Source: Lama glama (lineage: Eukaryota). From it: 64,000 nucleotides of DNA. Numbering within the stretch: position 1 is the first letter of the stretch; every line of letters starts with the position of its first letter. This document shows, in pieces, positions 52,927 through 64,000 of the stretch. Under the pieces are notes generated by a model, which saw nothing but the letters and a program-made list of their open reading frames with translations, did not search any database and was not told where the DNA came from. The position numbers and the translations under genes are program-made. Location: assembly GCA_028534125.1 (NCBI GenBank), contig CM052818.1, positions 23,624,001 through 23,688,000 on the forward strand, given 5' to 3'.

Positions 52927-53444
52927 GTATTAATCAGGGTCTCCTAATGAAGCAGATAACATGATAAACAAAGGACACTAGAAAAAATTTAGTAAGTAGG
53001 GAGGGTAAATCTCAAGTGATAGACTGTATGCTTAGTATGCATAAGGTCCTGGGTTCAATCCCCAGTACCTTCTCTAAGAGAACAAGTAAATAAATAAACC
53101 TAATTATGTCCCCCCATCCAAAAAAAAAAAATTTACTGAAGTAACTATTTGCAGAGCAAGAAGCTGTTACCAAAACTTGACAGAAGCTCTGACTGTAGGA
53201 GAGGGGCTAGCCTAAAGGGGCAGTGACCAGAGATACTATTCAGACTAGGCAGACCAGAACAGTAGCTGGACAGAGAGTGAGCAGAGGGGAAATATAATCC
53301 AATCTCTGTCTTCTGCTTGTACATTCTATTGGCTGAAACCGATCAGAAACCCAGGGATGCAGTCTGCTGAAGTCAGCTTCTTGAGACAAAGAATAGTACG
53401 GACAGTAGACAATGGATTTGGAGGGGCAGAAGGAGGTTAGCACA
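52927..53444 (-). mobile_element. LTR33-like ERVL solo LTR interrupted by a SINE
   Basis: TGTATTAATCAGGGTC start, ATTGGCTGAAACC, GGGATGCAGTC, TGGATTTGGAGGGGCAGA..AGCACA end. Confidence 0.75.
52999..53131 (+). mobile_element. Camelid tRNA-derived SINE (Vic-1 type)
   Basis: GGGAGGGTA..CTCAAGTGATAGA (A box), GGTCCTGGGTTCAATCCCCAGTACC (B box), AAATAAATAAACCTAATTA..CCCCCC tail and poly(A). Imperfect TSD AAAAAATTTAGTAAGTA / AAAAAATTTACTGAAGTA. Confidence 0.9.
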
Positions 53445-53659
53445 CTTGGGTCACTTTCTTTTGCCAAGGTCAATGTACATGGGACTTTTTCACATTGCAG
53501 TTAACTAAAGTTCGCATGTTAACAAGTTAAAGTCACCATGGCCAAAGTATAAAGGGTGAACGTGCCACACAAACCAGAGGAGGAAGAAAATTCTGTCTGT
53601 AGATGTGACAAAATAACTGGATCATCTTTAATCCACTTTTATTCTATGAAGCTAAATTG

Positions 53660-53860
53660 GTAGGTTTTGGTGGATTAGAAAGTTTCAAGTTCATTACCTG
53701 ACTCTCACTCACTTAGAAGATCGTCTTATTAAACCTCTCTGAGTCTCAGTTTCTAAGGGAAAAATGATGGCAAGTGGCATTGGGAGGATTAAATGTGGCA
53801 CTCCATTCAAGTAAATTAAGGTGTTTAAGAAATTTTCAATAAATGTTAGATGTTATCAAA
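53660..53860 (+). mobile_element. MIR
   Basis: TTATTAAACCTCTCTGAGTCTCAGTTTC..GGGAGGATTAAATG..TCAATAAATGTTAG. Confidence 0.75.
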
Positions 53861-54189
53861 AATGTAAGATTACTACTAATGTCATGGTTTTCCTGATTTC
53901 AGTCTTGAGGCTTTATTTTAAATAAATGGGTTGCTCTATGAAAATAAGTTAGTTGGTTTCCTAATAAAGATAGTCTAGCTAAGTGTGAAATTCATACCTG
54001 ATGCCACTTTTTGGGTCACTATGGAGAACCACTGTGGACAAAATTTTCTAAATCCTGCACAACCTAAAGATTTTTTTCTCAAACTTAGAATGACTGATGC
54101 ATAGGAAAACTAAAAACAATTTTTTTGTCTGATTGACATTCAAGTAGGTAACATCCTGTCCTGGTACTAAGTGTAGCAAAGTTATTGTT

Positions 54190-54450
54190 AAATAATTTTT
54201 AAAATTTTAGAACAATTTTAGATTTATAGAAAAGTTGCGAAGATTGTACAGAGATTTCCTGTACTATTCACCTAGCTTCCCCTAATATTAAGCATCATAC
54301 GTAAGTATGCTGCAGTTGTCAAACTAAAAATTAACACAGGTATGCTACTGTTGACTAAACTACAGATTTGATCTGGATTTTTTTCCAGTTTTTCCAGTAA
54401 TGCCCTTTTTTGTTCCAGGATCCAATCCATTATGCTATGTTGCACTTAGG
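54190..54450 (-). mobile_element. L1MC4/5-like 3' terminus
   Basis: AACAATTTTAGATTTATAGAAAAGTTGC..AAACTACAGATTT..TTCCAGGATCCAATCC. Confidence 0.85.
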
Positions 54451-55109
54451 GCAGAGTTGTTATTTTTGTTTTACTTATTTGTATTTTGGGAAATACAACT
54501 ACAAAGAGGAGGGAAAGGAAATATGCCTTATCAAGCTGTATCAATTTTCTGGGGAATTCTGTGACAAATTGCCATAAATTTGATGGCTTACAACAGGACA
54601 AATTTTTATCTGGTTACGGCTAACATGTAATATTGGGAAGTACAGTACAGGTTCTTATGTCAATCCCAAATTCTTTCTGTCTCGATTAGAAAGGCACTAA
54701 AGACTCAATTCATGTTTTAAAGATTTAAGCAATATGAATTATATAATTTTATAGGCACAAATTCAAGCTAGAAAGTGAAATAGAAGCAGAACTGAATAGT
54801 TGTATCCATTTTAAAGGGCAAATTAAATATTTGTAAGAGTGGAGTGTCTTCTTTTGCTATAATTTCTGTCTAGCCTTTTATAATCCAGATCTGATTGTTT
54901 ACTTAGTTCGGTATGGTCAAAAACTTAAAATTTAGCAATAGGCATGATGTAAAAAGATTGTTGTAATTGAAACAAAGGAAAAATGAAGCACACTGTTTCC
55001 TACAATGCAATGGCAACAATGTTGAAAACAAACACATAAAGTTATTTATGGCATATTTTAGTTTTTGGCATATTTTAATTATTTTTGAAGTGATCTAGAA
55101 CCTGGAAGC

Positions 55110-55680
55110 ATAAATTACATAGCTAGAATGGTATTTAGATATTTCTAGTTCACCCTCAGCTCACAGAGAACTGAAATCTAAGAAAATTAGGGGCTAGACC
55201 CTCAGGTGCATTCTCATTATGCTACCATCCGTTAAACCGGATTGATACTGAGCAAGCCTACAGCAGAGGGAGGACGGTGGTTAAAAGCACAACATCTGGA
55301 CAAACTAGGTTCTACTTCAACTCCCCCACCTGTGTGATTTTGACCTTTTATTGCTGATCTTTTTGTGTTGAGTCTAGATGACAGTTCTCTCCTTTTGAAT
55401 CCTGATAAAAGCTTTAAATAGTAGGTACTATTGATAAAATTGATCATTTGTGTAAAACCCTTATTAAAACTCGAAATTAATACTGTATAACAGCGAGTGG
55501 TTGTATTGTAGTTTGGAACTCTGACTCTAGAGTCTAAGAAAATTGGTTTTGAATCATGGTTCTTTTATTTAGCTATGGGGGGAAAAAGGCTAATGTTACT
55601 TGGGAGTGTTCCGTGAAATAACTCCTGAAAAGCAAAAACTCGATAAATGTACACAGTCCATGACATTGCTATTAGTAAAC
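55110..55680. mobile_element. Cluster of decayed MIR fragments
   Basis: ACAGAGAACTGAAATCTAAGA; GGTTAAAAGCAC..GGTTCTACT..TGTGTGATTTTG; ACTCTAGAGTCT..GGTTTTGAATC. Confidence 0.5.
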
Positions 55681-56744
55681 ATGCAGGTATAGTGGTGTTG
55701 ACAGAGGTAAATGGCTCAGTGGCACAAAGAAAGGTCTATACACAGATCCAGGCTTAAACTATGGCAGTTCTACATCTGGTAGGACATACAATGTCAGTAA
55801 TTATCTTTGAAAATAAACTGTTCTTAAGAATTTCCTAATCTTATTTTAGAGTAGGAAAATCAATATAATATAAACCAAGAAGTACAATGATGAACAGACA
55901 GAGGAAGTCTTCTAAGATTTTATACAATTCAGGCACTGAAGGAAATTTTAAAACCCTCAGTATCACCAAGTGTTGTGTTTAAAGACTACCTTTCCTTATT
56001 ACATTTTGCACAAAGCAAAATGAGGCTACTGGGAATACTGTGCAAGAAAAGGAGCCTGCCTGATAGACTGTCAGAATGTCTCTACTAACCTTATACAAGG
56101 ACATGGCTTTTTTTTTTTTTTGAAGAATATATTGCTCCAGAAATCTTATAGCTAAAGAATGTTTCAGGACAGATTATGCTAAGTATAGAATAATACTGTC
56201 AACATTAACCCAAATAGCTTATTTTAGATCTTGTAAAATAGTACAACATATGGTGATGACATCACAAAACTTAATCTGTGGCAATACTATTTAAAGTAAT
56301 TTAAGTCACCCTATTTCTGTCTGTAGTCTTTATATTACCAAACCGATCACTATAGAGGAAAAGTGCTCTACATTTGGGAGTAATGATGAATGACACATGT
56401 GGAAATGATTTGACAAAAAGAACTACCAGGGATGAAACAAACAAAGGCAGTTCTCATATTGGGAAACGTTGGTGTTTGAGAAGTAAAGCTCAGTGAAATT
56501 TTTCGCTCTGCTCTAAGACACTACATTGCAAATATCCAGCACCAGTTAACATGCTTACCGGTAATTTTTGAAATACCAACAGTGAATTTTAAGGCAAAAA
56601 TAATCATTTAGGGAGAAAACAATTTTTTACTGAATGTTATTTAGAAAATAAAGACAGGCTAGATTTAAAAAGGAGTTAGAAAAATACACAGGAAAATGGC
56701 TTGACAGAAAGTAGTCATTTTACATCAGTAAGGGCATAATGTAA

Positions 56745-56870
56745 ACATTCATTCATTCATTTATTTGAGAAACATCTGTTGATCTCCTACAACATGCCAT
56801 GAATTATTACAGGAAATGTTTTCTGTGTTAAGTGAGAAAGTTTGCAGTTTTGAGGAGTTCACAGATTTTG
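56745..56870 (-). mobile_element. L2 3' tail
   Basis: CATTCATTCATTCATTTATTTGAGAAACATCTGTTGATCTCCTAC. Confidence 0.7.
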
Positions 56871-57079
56871 ACCTTCTATGGTTCTTGGAAGAAATTCTTT
56901 CCAAGAAACAATTAATAGCTTTATTTATACCAGAGTAATGATATTGACAATGGTGGACAGGTTGGCAAAGTCATCCAATTTTTTAAGGGGCAGATACAAA
57001 GTTTACTTACATATAATTATGATAGTATTTTGTTTCCACATTGCCGATCTGTGAGTTTACATTTATGAAAAATTCATAG

Positions 57080-57610
57080 TGATGCCTCTTGCTTGGCAGT
57101 AAGGCGAGACAGATACCCAGACTGATCCTCCCAATGAAAACAACAAAATGTTGGGTTAACACATTTTAAAATGAATCAGGAGTAGGCAAGCATGTACAAA
57201 TAATCAGAGGCTAAATAACTGAATGAAAAAGGTAACAGAGATGATCTGAGCACTAAGACCTGCTTTCTCTGAAGAGCATCTGTGAAACCCTGTGGATTTG
57301 AGATTCAATTTGTATGAATTAAGGGATGTGGAATCAGGAGTGGGGAGTCTAGGAGGAAATCCTGCTTCACAAAGGTAAGAGGAACCTTGAGAAAACAAAA
57401 TAATATAGTAGGAAACTGAAAACATATAAGAAACTAAAATGAATATAAATGGACCAGATGTGGTAAAGACAAAAATGTCAAATTGTGTTAAAAAACAAAT
57501 TTCAGATGATCAATATTTATAAGTACCATACCTAAAACATTAGGGTAAAGAAAGGTTGAATGAAAAAGAATAGAAAATGTATATCAGATGAAACATACAC
57601 AATATAAAAG
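57080..57610 (+). mobile_element. Old L1 remnant (5' end joined to the start of ORF2 endonuclease)
   Basis: AATATAAATGGAC..AAAGACAAAAATGTCAAATTG..GAAAGGTTGAATGAAAAAGAATAGAAAATGTATATCA. Confidence 0.6.
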
Positions 57611-57932
57611 TTTTTTTTTAATTGAAGTATAGTCAATTTACAATGTTGTGTCAGTTTCTCGTGTACAGCATAGTAGTTCAGTCATAGTACGTACATATAT
57701 TTATTTTCATATTCCTTTTCTTTATAGGTTACTATAAGATATTGAACGTAGTTCCCTATGCTGTACAGTATGAACACGTTGTTTATCTATTTTATATATA
57801 ATAGTTAGGATTTGCATATCTCGAACTCCCATTTTATCCCTTCCCACCCCCTTCCCCCACTGGTAACCATAATGTGAGTTTCCATGTCTGTGAGTCTGTT
57901 TCTGGTTTTTCAAGTAAGTTCATTTGTCTTTT
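57611..57932 (-). mobile_element. Lineage-specific L1 3'UTR end
   Basis: Poly(T) then AATTGAAGTATAGTCAATTTACAATGTTGTG..GGTAACCATAA..TGTGAGTCTGTTTCTG. Confidence 0.92.
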
Positions 57933-60900
57933 CTTAATGAATTTTCTTTTCCTGGAAGATGAAGCAATAATGATAGTAGTAATAATAATAGTAACTACTC
58001 ACATCATTAGTTATCATGCTTGGGAAAGCAGGGGAACAAAAAGGTTTCTCCTTTTCCTTAGTGGGAGTAGGTCAGTCTTCAGAAAGACAAAGATATGTTG
58101 GAGTTTAAAGGTTTTTTTTAAAAAATCGGAGTGGCAGATCCTAACACCTGAGATAGATGGCTTCACTGAGAAATCTAAGAAACAGCTATGTTCTTCAGAA
58201 TTCAGTATGCTCCTCGAGAATAATTTTAGCAACAGCACTGTTTTGTGTTATTGGAAACAGATGTAGGTCTAAACATAGTTGTTTACTTCATGTCATTGAA
58301 AATATGATAAACATGATAATTATATACTCAACATTAATTCTAGTATGTCCTACTTTTCACTCTGTCAGAATGATTTTGGTATTTCATCCCACCATTTATG
58401 CAGATTCACATACACCTGTGATAAAAATGTTGTCCCTTTTTGGTATTTGAATATAAACAGAATAAAAGAAATATCTCATTCTCCAAAAGGAAGGTGTCTT
58501 TTTCCTAATAGAAGTGGCATACCTTATCATTTACACTAATTATCCATCTTAGTTCACATTAAAAGCTCATTCAGAGCATTTGGGTCATAGTTTTTTTTCC
58601 CCCTCAAATATTGCATTCATACTACTAAAGCCGACCTTGAGGATTCCTTTTTTTTTTTTTGTAAAAAATATAGCAGAAACTACTCTTTTCACCAGACACC
58701 AATAAATTATTTTAAAATTATTACAAACAAAAGCAAATCCATCCAGAACATTGTTTTTATAATTGTGGAATAAGAGGGGAAACATTGAACAGAAAAGAAC
58801 ATAATTATAACATGAGTATTTCTTAAAAGCACATACAGTTCTATTTATTATGTTTAGTGTCAGTGTCCTTGTATGAATTACCAAACTTTAAATGGATTTT
58901 TGTTTACAACCAAATTGTATTCTAATTTTTATTCAGATGAACATGCATGAAGAAAGGTAATAAAACTTTGCCTAGGATTATCAACATATGTTGAGGATTG
59001 AGATGTGAGTACATTTAACTTAATACTGATTTAAAAAAATCCTTGATCATAGACAAGAAAATTCAGACAGCAAATTTCCTGAAAAGGGATATGAAAGTTG
59101 AGCTGTCAAGTCTAAAGTTTTATATAAAATGACTCAAAGCAATATACTCAACTGATTGGAATCTTGTATGATACTAACAAATACAACATAATTCTTGTAT
59201 ATTACTCAAAACCTTGTCAGTGTCTGTGACTAGAGATCCTCATGGAATGCTTTAGAATAAGAGCTTTTAAGAGTCTCAGAATTATCAACCTACTCAGGAA
59301 CCCATGTGCCTGAGGGAGGCCCTGAGAGCTGTTCACTGCACCAGCTGGCAGATCGACACAATCGACAGCAAGGATGTGGTTGTTGACTTCAGAAATAAAG
59401 CAACGATTCTAGTAACTGTGACACTGGGCATTTTTTTACCTCTTCTTTTGTAAAGAATGTGTGGTAATAGTCGAGAGTCTAGGGGTTTGGAAACTGATCA
59501 CAGGAAAATCAAACCCCAAACCAAACCAAACCAAAACAAAACTTGTGCTTTGAATGAACAGAAATGACACTGAATATCAGAAATTCTTTGACTAAAAACA
59601 TTTTTTTTTTAACAGACAGGAAACAGTTCCACAGTCTGCACAACTCTGGATTCAAAGATTCCTAAATTATTAGGTCTCCAGAGAAAAGATTCCCTAACTT
59701 TAGGGCCTAAGAATTCTGTTTACTTTTCACTGGCATCACATCCCAACTTAATCTGATTTGGAGGTTTCCTTAGAATTCTCCGTCAGCATTTTGTATGCTT
59801 ATGGCATTACTGCTATAAAGAAATGGTGTTTGGTGAACTGATTCAGAAATACGCTTTCACTGACTCCTCTGTGATTTCAGTTCTGAAGTCTGTAGAGGGA
59901 CAAAAGTTTAAGCTCCATGGTAGTCCTTTGAAGTATATATATGTATCTTAAACAGAAGGAGATTGGAGATTTTAATCTGTAGGCATGTGGATAGCGGTTT
60001 TCACAACACTAAAAATAGAGCTTTGTATCTTAATATTTCCAAGCAATAGCAAGAACAGCACTTATTTCATAAGCTTAAGCTCAGCGTTTGTCTTTCTTAG
60101 TTATCACTAACATGCACGTTTCTTTGCTATATATGGAAATCAGTATGCAGAACATGGAAATCAGCATGAAAGTCTGTAAAGGACAGAATTTAATCTTTGT
60201 GGCTGTAAATGTACTACAGTTCTCACAGAGTCAATGCTATCTTCTGATTTACGGTGTGTGCACTGTCAAAAGGCACAATATTTTTTTCTGTAAAAAATTC
60301 TAATTTATTAAAAGTCCTAGATGCCTTTGATTACGTTTACTTGCTCTTTACCCTTAATTGCTAAGAGCTTTACAATTTCAGATCATACGTTTCAAAATAC
60401 AGGAAGAATATAAAGAAAATACAGGCTTTAACCACTGTATAAATAAAAGTTAATTTTAATGGAAAAGAAAACTGCTTACCTGTCCATTCAAATTAGTCAT
60501 TACTTTCGTATGGACATCATGTTTGCCAATGACAAATATATTCCACTGTAATAGTCATGTATCAGGTCCTAGTGTGCCAGTTTCTGGTAAAAACAACTTT
60601 TAAATGAACCTTTCCAGAAACACAGTGTTCAGGAGGCAAAAATGATTTCTGTGTAGAACTTACTTCACTTCATGAAAGAAGTATGTGTCTACCCTATTTC
60701 TACCTTAAGTTGTGTCTTATGTCTTAATATCTATTTTTGGGCTGCCGGGCACTTAAGTTCTTCACTCTTGCTGATGTTCTTAATGTATCACATAAAGAAA
60801 GAAACTCATTCATTCTTTATTTAACTTTTTAATCATTATGGACCTCTAATTTAGACAGTATTCTTTATCTCTGGAAATTAATACAAACAAGTGTAGGATG

Positions 60901-63577
60901 TTTAGAAAGAAAGGTACCCCCTTGATTGGCAAAGGCAATGGGTAGTGCATTCACATTATAATATAGAGGCAAGGCCAGTGGCCTTGGCCTTAGAACTTTA
61001 GAAAGTGGGAAGGTTAAAAAATACGAAAAATAATTTGTTGAAATACTGAGCAATGAGTCTTACCAATATCGCAAAGTCGTTGTGACATTTCTGTGACAGC
61101 TTTATCTGGGAAATGTCTCCTAAAGCTAATTCTGTACTTTTCCTTTCTTTTCCGACTGAAGAGGTGATTAGAAATAGAGCTAGAAAAGACAGAGCTACAG
61201 CCATAATTTTCACAGAAAGATTACTTTGTGCAGTGAAAAGTGAAATGTGTTATTTGTAAATGCAAATTGAACTTGCCTTATCGGCAGTGATATAAAATGC
61301 ATGGTCCCACTCTAGTTCAAGGTGTATACACAGATCTCCTTTAGCAATGTTCGCCTTCTGAAGATCTCTGAAGAATACACTCAGACCTCAGGCAAATGTC
61401 TTATACATACTGTTTTCAAAGGAGACCTTGGCACAAACAAAAGAGGAGTTGCCTCTTATGTCTTGAATATGGGGCATAAAATGATATATATTGACAGTCA
61501 GAAATGCAATTGCACTACAGGGGATTTACTTAAGTGAAATTAACTTAAGGAACAAAAATGCAAAGGGAAGAATAATAAGTTATATACCATGGTAGATTCA
61601 GCCAGCAATAATGTTTATACCAAGTATGCTCTGGGAATGACTATGGGATGAAAAGTCCATCCTTCCTTCTGTTGGTCTCAATTCTGCCTCTGTCAGTGCA
61701 GTCATCTTATCAGGCTGAGAGTGGCTCCAGTTCTTCAAAATACATAATTTTTATGTCATGGATTCTAAATGCAAGCCAACTATCTCATCTACTGTTCATT
61801 TGTAGAAAAAAAAAAAAAAAAAAAGCTCTGATCCAGTACAGGAGTGAACATGGCTGGGTCAGACTTAATTAGAAAGATGTATCTCCCGTAAGATGCTTGG
61901 TTGTCAAGGCTCATTCTGACCATGTGTGATTTTCACCTGCGGAGCTGAGTTCAGGACCTATACCTAGGTGACTCTCTACACCGATATTCCACACGATGGT
62001 ACAATTCCTGAGCAATTATCAGGATTTCTTTAAAGGTCACAGAGTAGAAAGCCACTGTAAATGAAGAAACTGTGTCAGCCAGAAGGACCAACATCGTTTC
62101 AGTACTTTATTGCTAATAAAATTCCTTACAATATATGCCAGAACCATGATGGCATGACACCTCGTTTGAGAACTAGTGTCATGGTAGAGATGTCCTGTCA
62201 CTTCTTTCTCCATGTCGGATTCATGCCTACTTTTTAAGCTTTAAACTTTTGGAAATTCTAAAGGGGAGACGTTAATATTAACACTGACATTGAGGGAAAA
62301 TCAATAATGAGAAAACTACCTGAAGAATGGTGTTCATTTAAGTGACATTGACATTAGGTAATCCACTAAGGGATTTCTATGAAGGAATACCCTGTGTTAA
62401 TCTGGAAGGTTATAAGCAAGATTTTGAGATGAGAAATAGATACTGTGTGTCAAGATTTAAAATCTTTTAGAAATATAGAAGCTGATTTTTGAATTTTGAA
62501 GTGTTTATTATTCCTGTAAAATCCTGGAAACTTTGAAGCCAAATACAACATAGCTATAAAATTACTGTAAAAAACATTAACACAGTGGAATGCAATGAAT
62601 GCATGAACACATGAGAGTTCAAAGACCTTAACTGATGGGGTGTGACAAGTGGGAAATTTATTCAATTTCAGAAACTCCTGGATGTTATTTGATAACTGCA
62701 GTATTTATTATTTATAAAGCATCAGATGTCTTTGAGAATTATCATATGGAGCAGAGGTTAAGACTGAGTGGTTTAGTTGTTCTAAAAGTTTACTTTTAAG
62801 ATTTATGTAAAATATTTCTCCTTATTTTGTCTCATTTATATGAATGTTGACCTTTACAGTAAAACATCTCTCCCCAAAGTCATCTATAGTGTAATATTCT
62901 ACTCTTTCTTGTTAGTAAGTGATGCCAGCTAGCCACACACAAAGGGCATCTTTATGTCTGATGTTACTGGTACTTAATTTTCAGGCCAGGAGAGAGATGC
63001 TTTATCTGTTGACTTTGAAAATTAAAGACATCCAAGTACAGCAGCATAAAGATATTCCTCTGCATTAAAATTGGAAATTCTAACTAATGCAAATAATTCT
63101 AATCAATGCAAAACTTAAAAAAAACCTGAAACAAAACTGGACCTCTGAACTGCTGTACAAATCTTTAATCCTCTTAATACTCAGGTGAATAAAAATCTTC
63201 AAGGGAAAATAATCACCAGAGTATCAATAAAACCATAAGGGCCATTATTGTCCCTAGTGAAAGGATATACAGGGGACTGAAATTATACAGATGTGCAAGA
63301 CAAGTTTTTCTGGGAAGACATCTTAAGAAGCCTTTCAACAGATATCAATAGCCCACTGTGGCAATGTTCTTTCTAATATTCTGTTATTATATCATTCAAT
63401 TTTCAACTGAAAAAGCTTTCTTGGAGAACTCTAAGATAAAAGGGAAATATTTTTTTTTAACTGAAAAAAAATTTTTTTTTGCTTTGTATTATTAGTCCTT
63501 TGGGAATCTTTAAAGGATCATATTGTATTTAATGAACATTTAATTACCAGTCAATGTATTACCACTAAGTGATATTA

Positions 63578-64000
63578 TTTTTTTTTAATTATTGAAGTAC
63601 TGTCAGTTATAATCTCTCAATTTCTGGTGTATAGCACAATGTCCCAGTCATGCATATATATATATATATATACATACACATATATCTTCATATTCTTTTC
63701 CATTGAAGGTTATTATAAGATATGAATATAGTTCTCTGTGCTATACAGAAGGAACTGTTTTAAAAATCTATTTTTATACATAGTGGCTAACATTTGCAAA
63801 TCTCAAACTTCCAAATTTATCCCTTCCCATCATCTTTCCCCCAGTAACCATAGGATTGTTTACTATGTCTGTGAATCTGTTTCTGTTTTGTAGATGAGTT
63901 CATAGTGTCCTTTTTTTTTTTTTTGATTCCACATATGAGTGTTATCATATATTTTTCTTTCTCTTTCTGGCTTACTTCACTTAGAATTATGATCGCTGGA
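63578..64000 (-). mobile_element. Young lineage-specific L1 3' end running off the window
   Basis: Poly(T), TTGAAGTACTGTCAGTTA..TTTCTGGTGTATAGCACAATGTCCCAGTCATGC (reverse of the 36250-36544 family), and TTCTCTTTCTGGCTTACTTCACTTAGAAT. Confidence 0.93.

Noticed and set aside
52999..53075. tRNA-like A/B boxes as a tRNA gene
   Set aside because: Degenerate cloverleaf followed by a SINE tail, poly(A) and TSD.
1..64000. CRISPR arrays, operons, rRNA or other prokaryotic systems
   Set aside because: No regularly spaced repeat-spacer arrays or dense long ORFs; the sequence is mammalian repeat-rich DNA.

Overview
This is AT-rich mammalian genomic DNA, almost certainly camelid (alpaca/llama/camel lineage). 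The evidence is a Vic-1-type tRNA-derived SINE at 52999-53131 and several young cetartiodactyl-style L1 3' ends. Roughly half the window is decayed interspersed repeat: L1 of several ages, L2, MIR, MaLR/ERVL solo LTRs and hAT MER20/MER45A/MER5A. There is a 500-N scaffold gap at 20362-20861. I cannot confidently identify any protein-coding gene, RNA gene or prokaryote-type system; the recognisable ORFs in the track are L1 ORF2 debris. The most unusual structure is an 849-bp block (7346-8194) bounded by ~127-bp, ~93% identical inverted repeats of non-recognised sequence, apparently interrupting an old L1. Weaker leads are candidate spliced exons (mostly minus strand) and a few compact transcription-factor motif clusters. 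Repeat subfamily names come from recalled consensus motifs, and boundaries are approximate unless a TSD or terminus is quoted.
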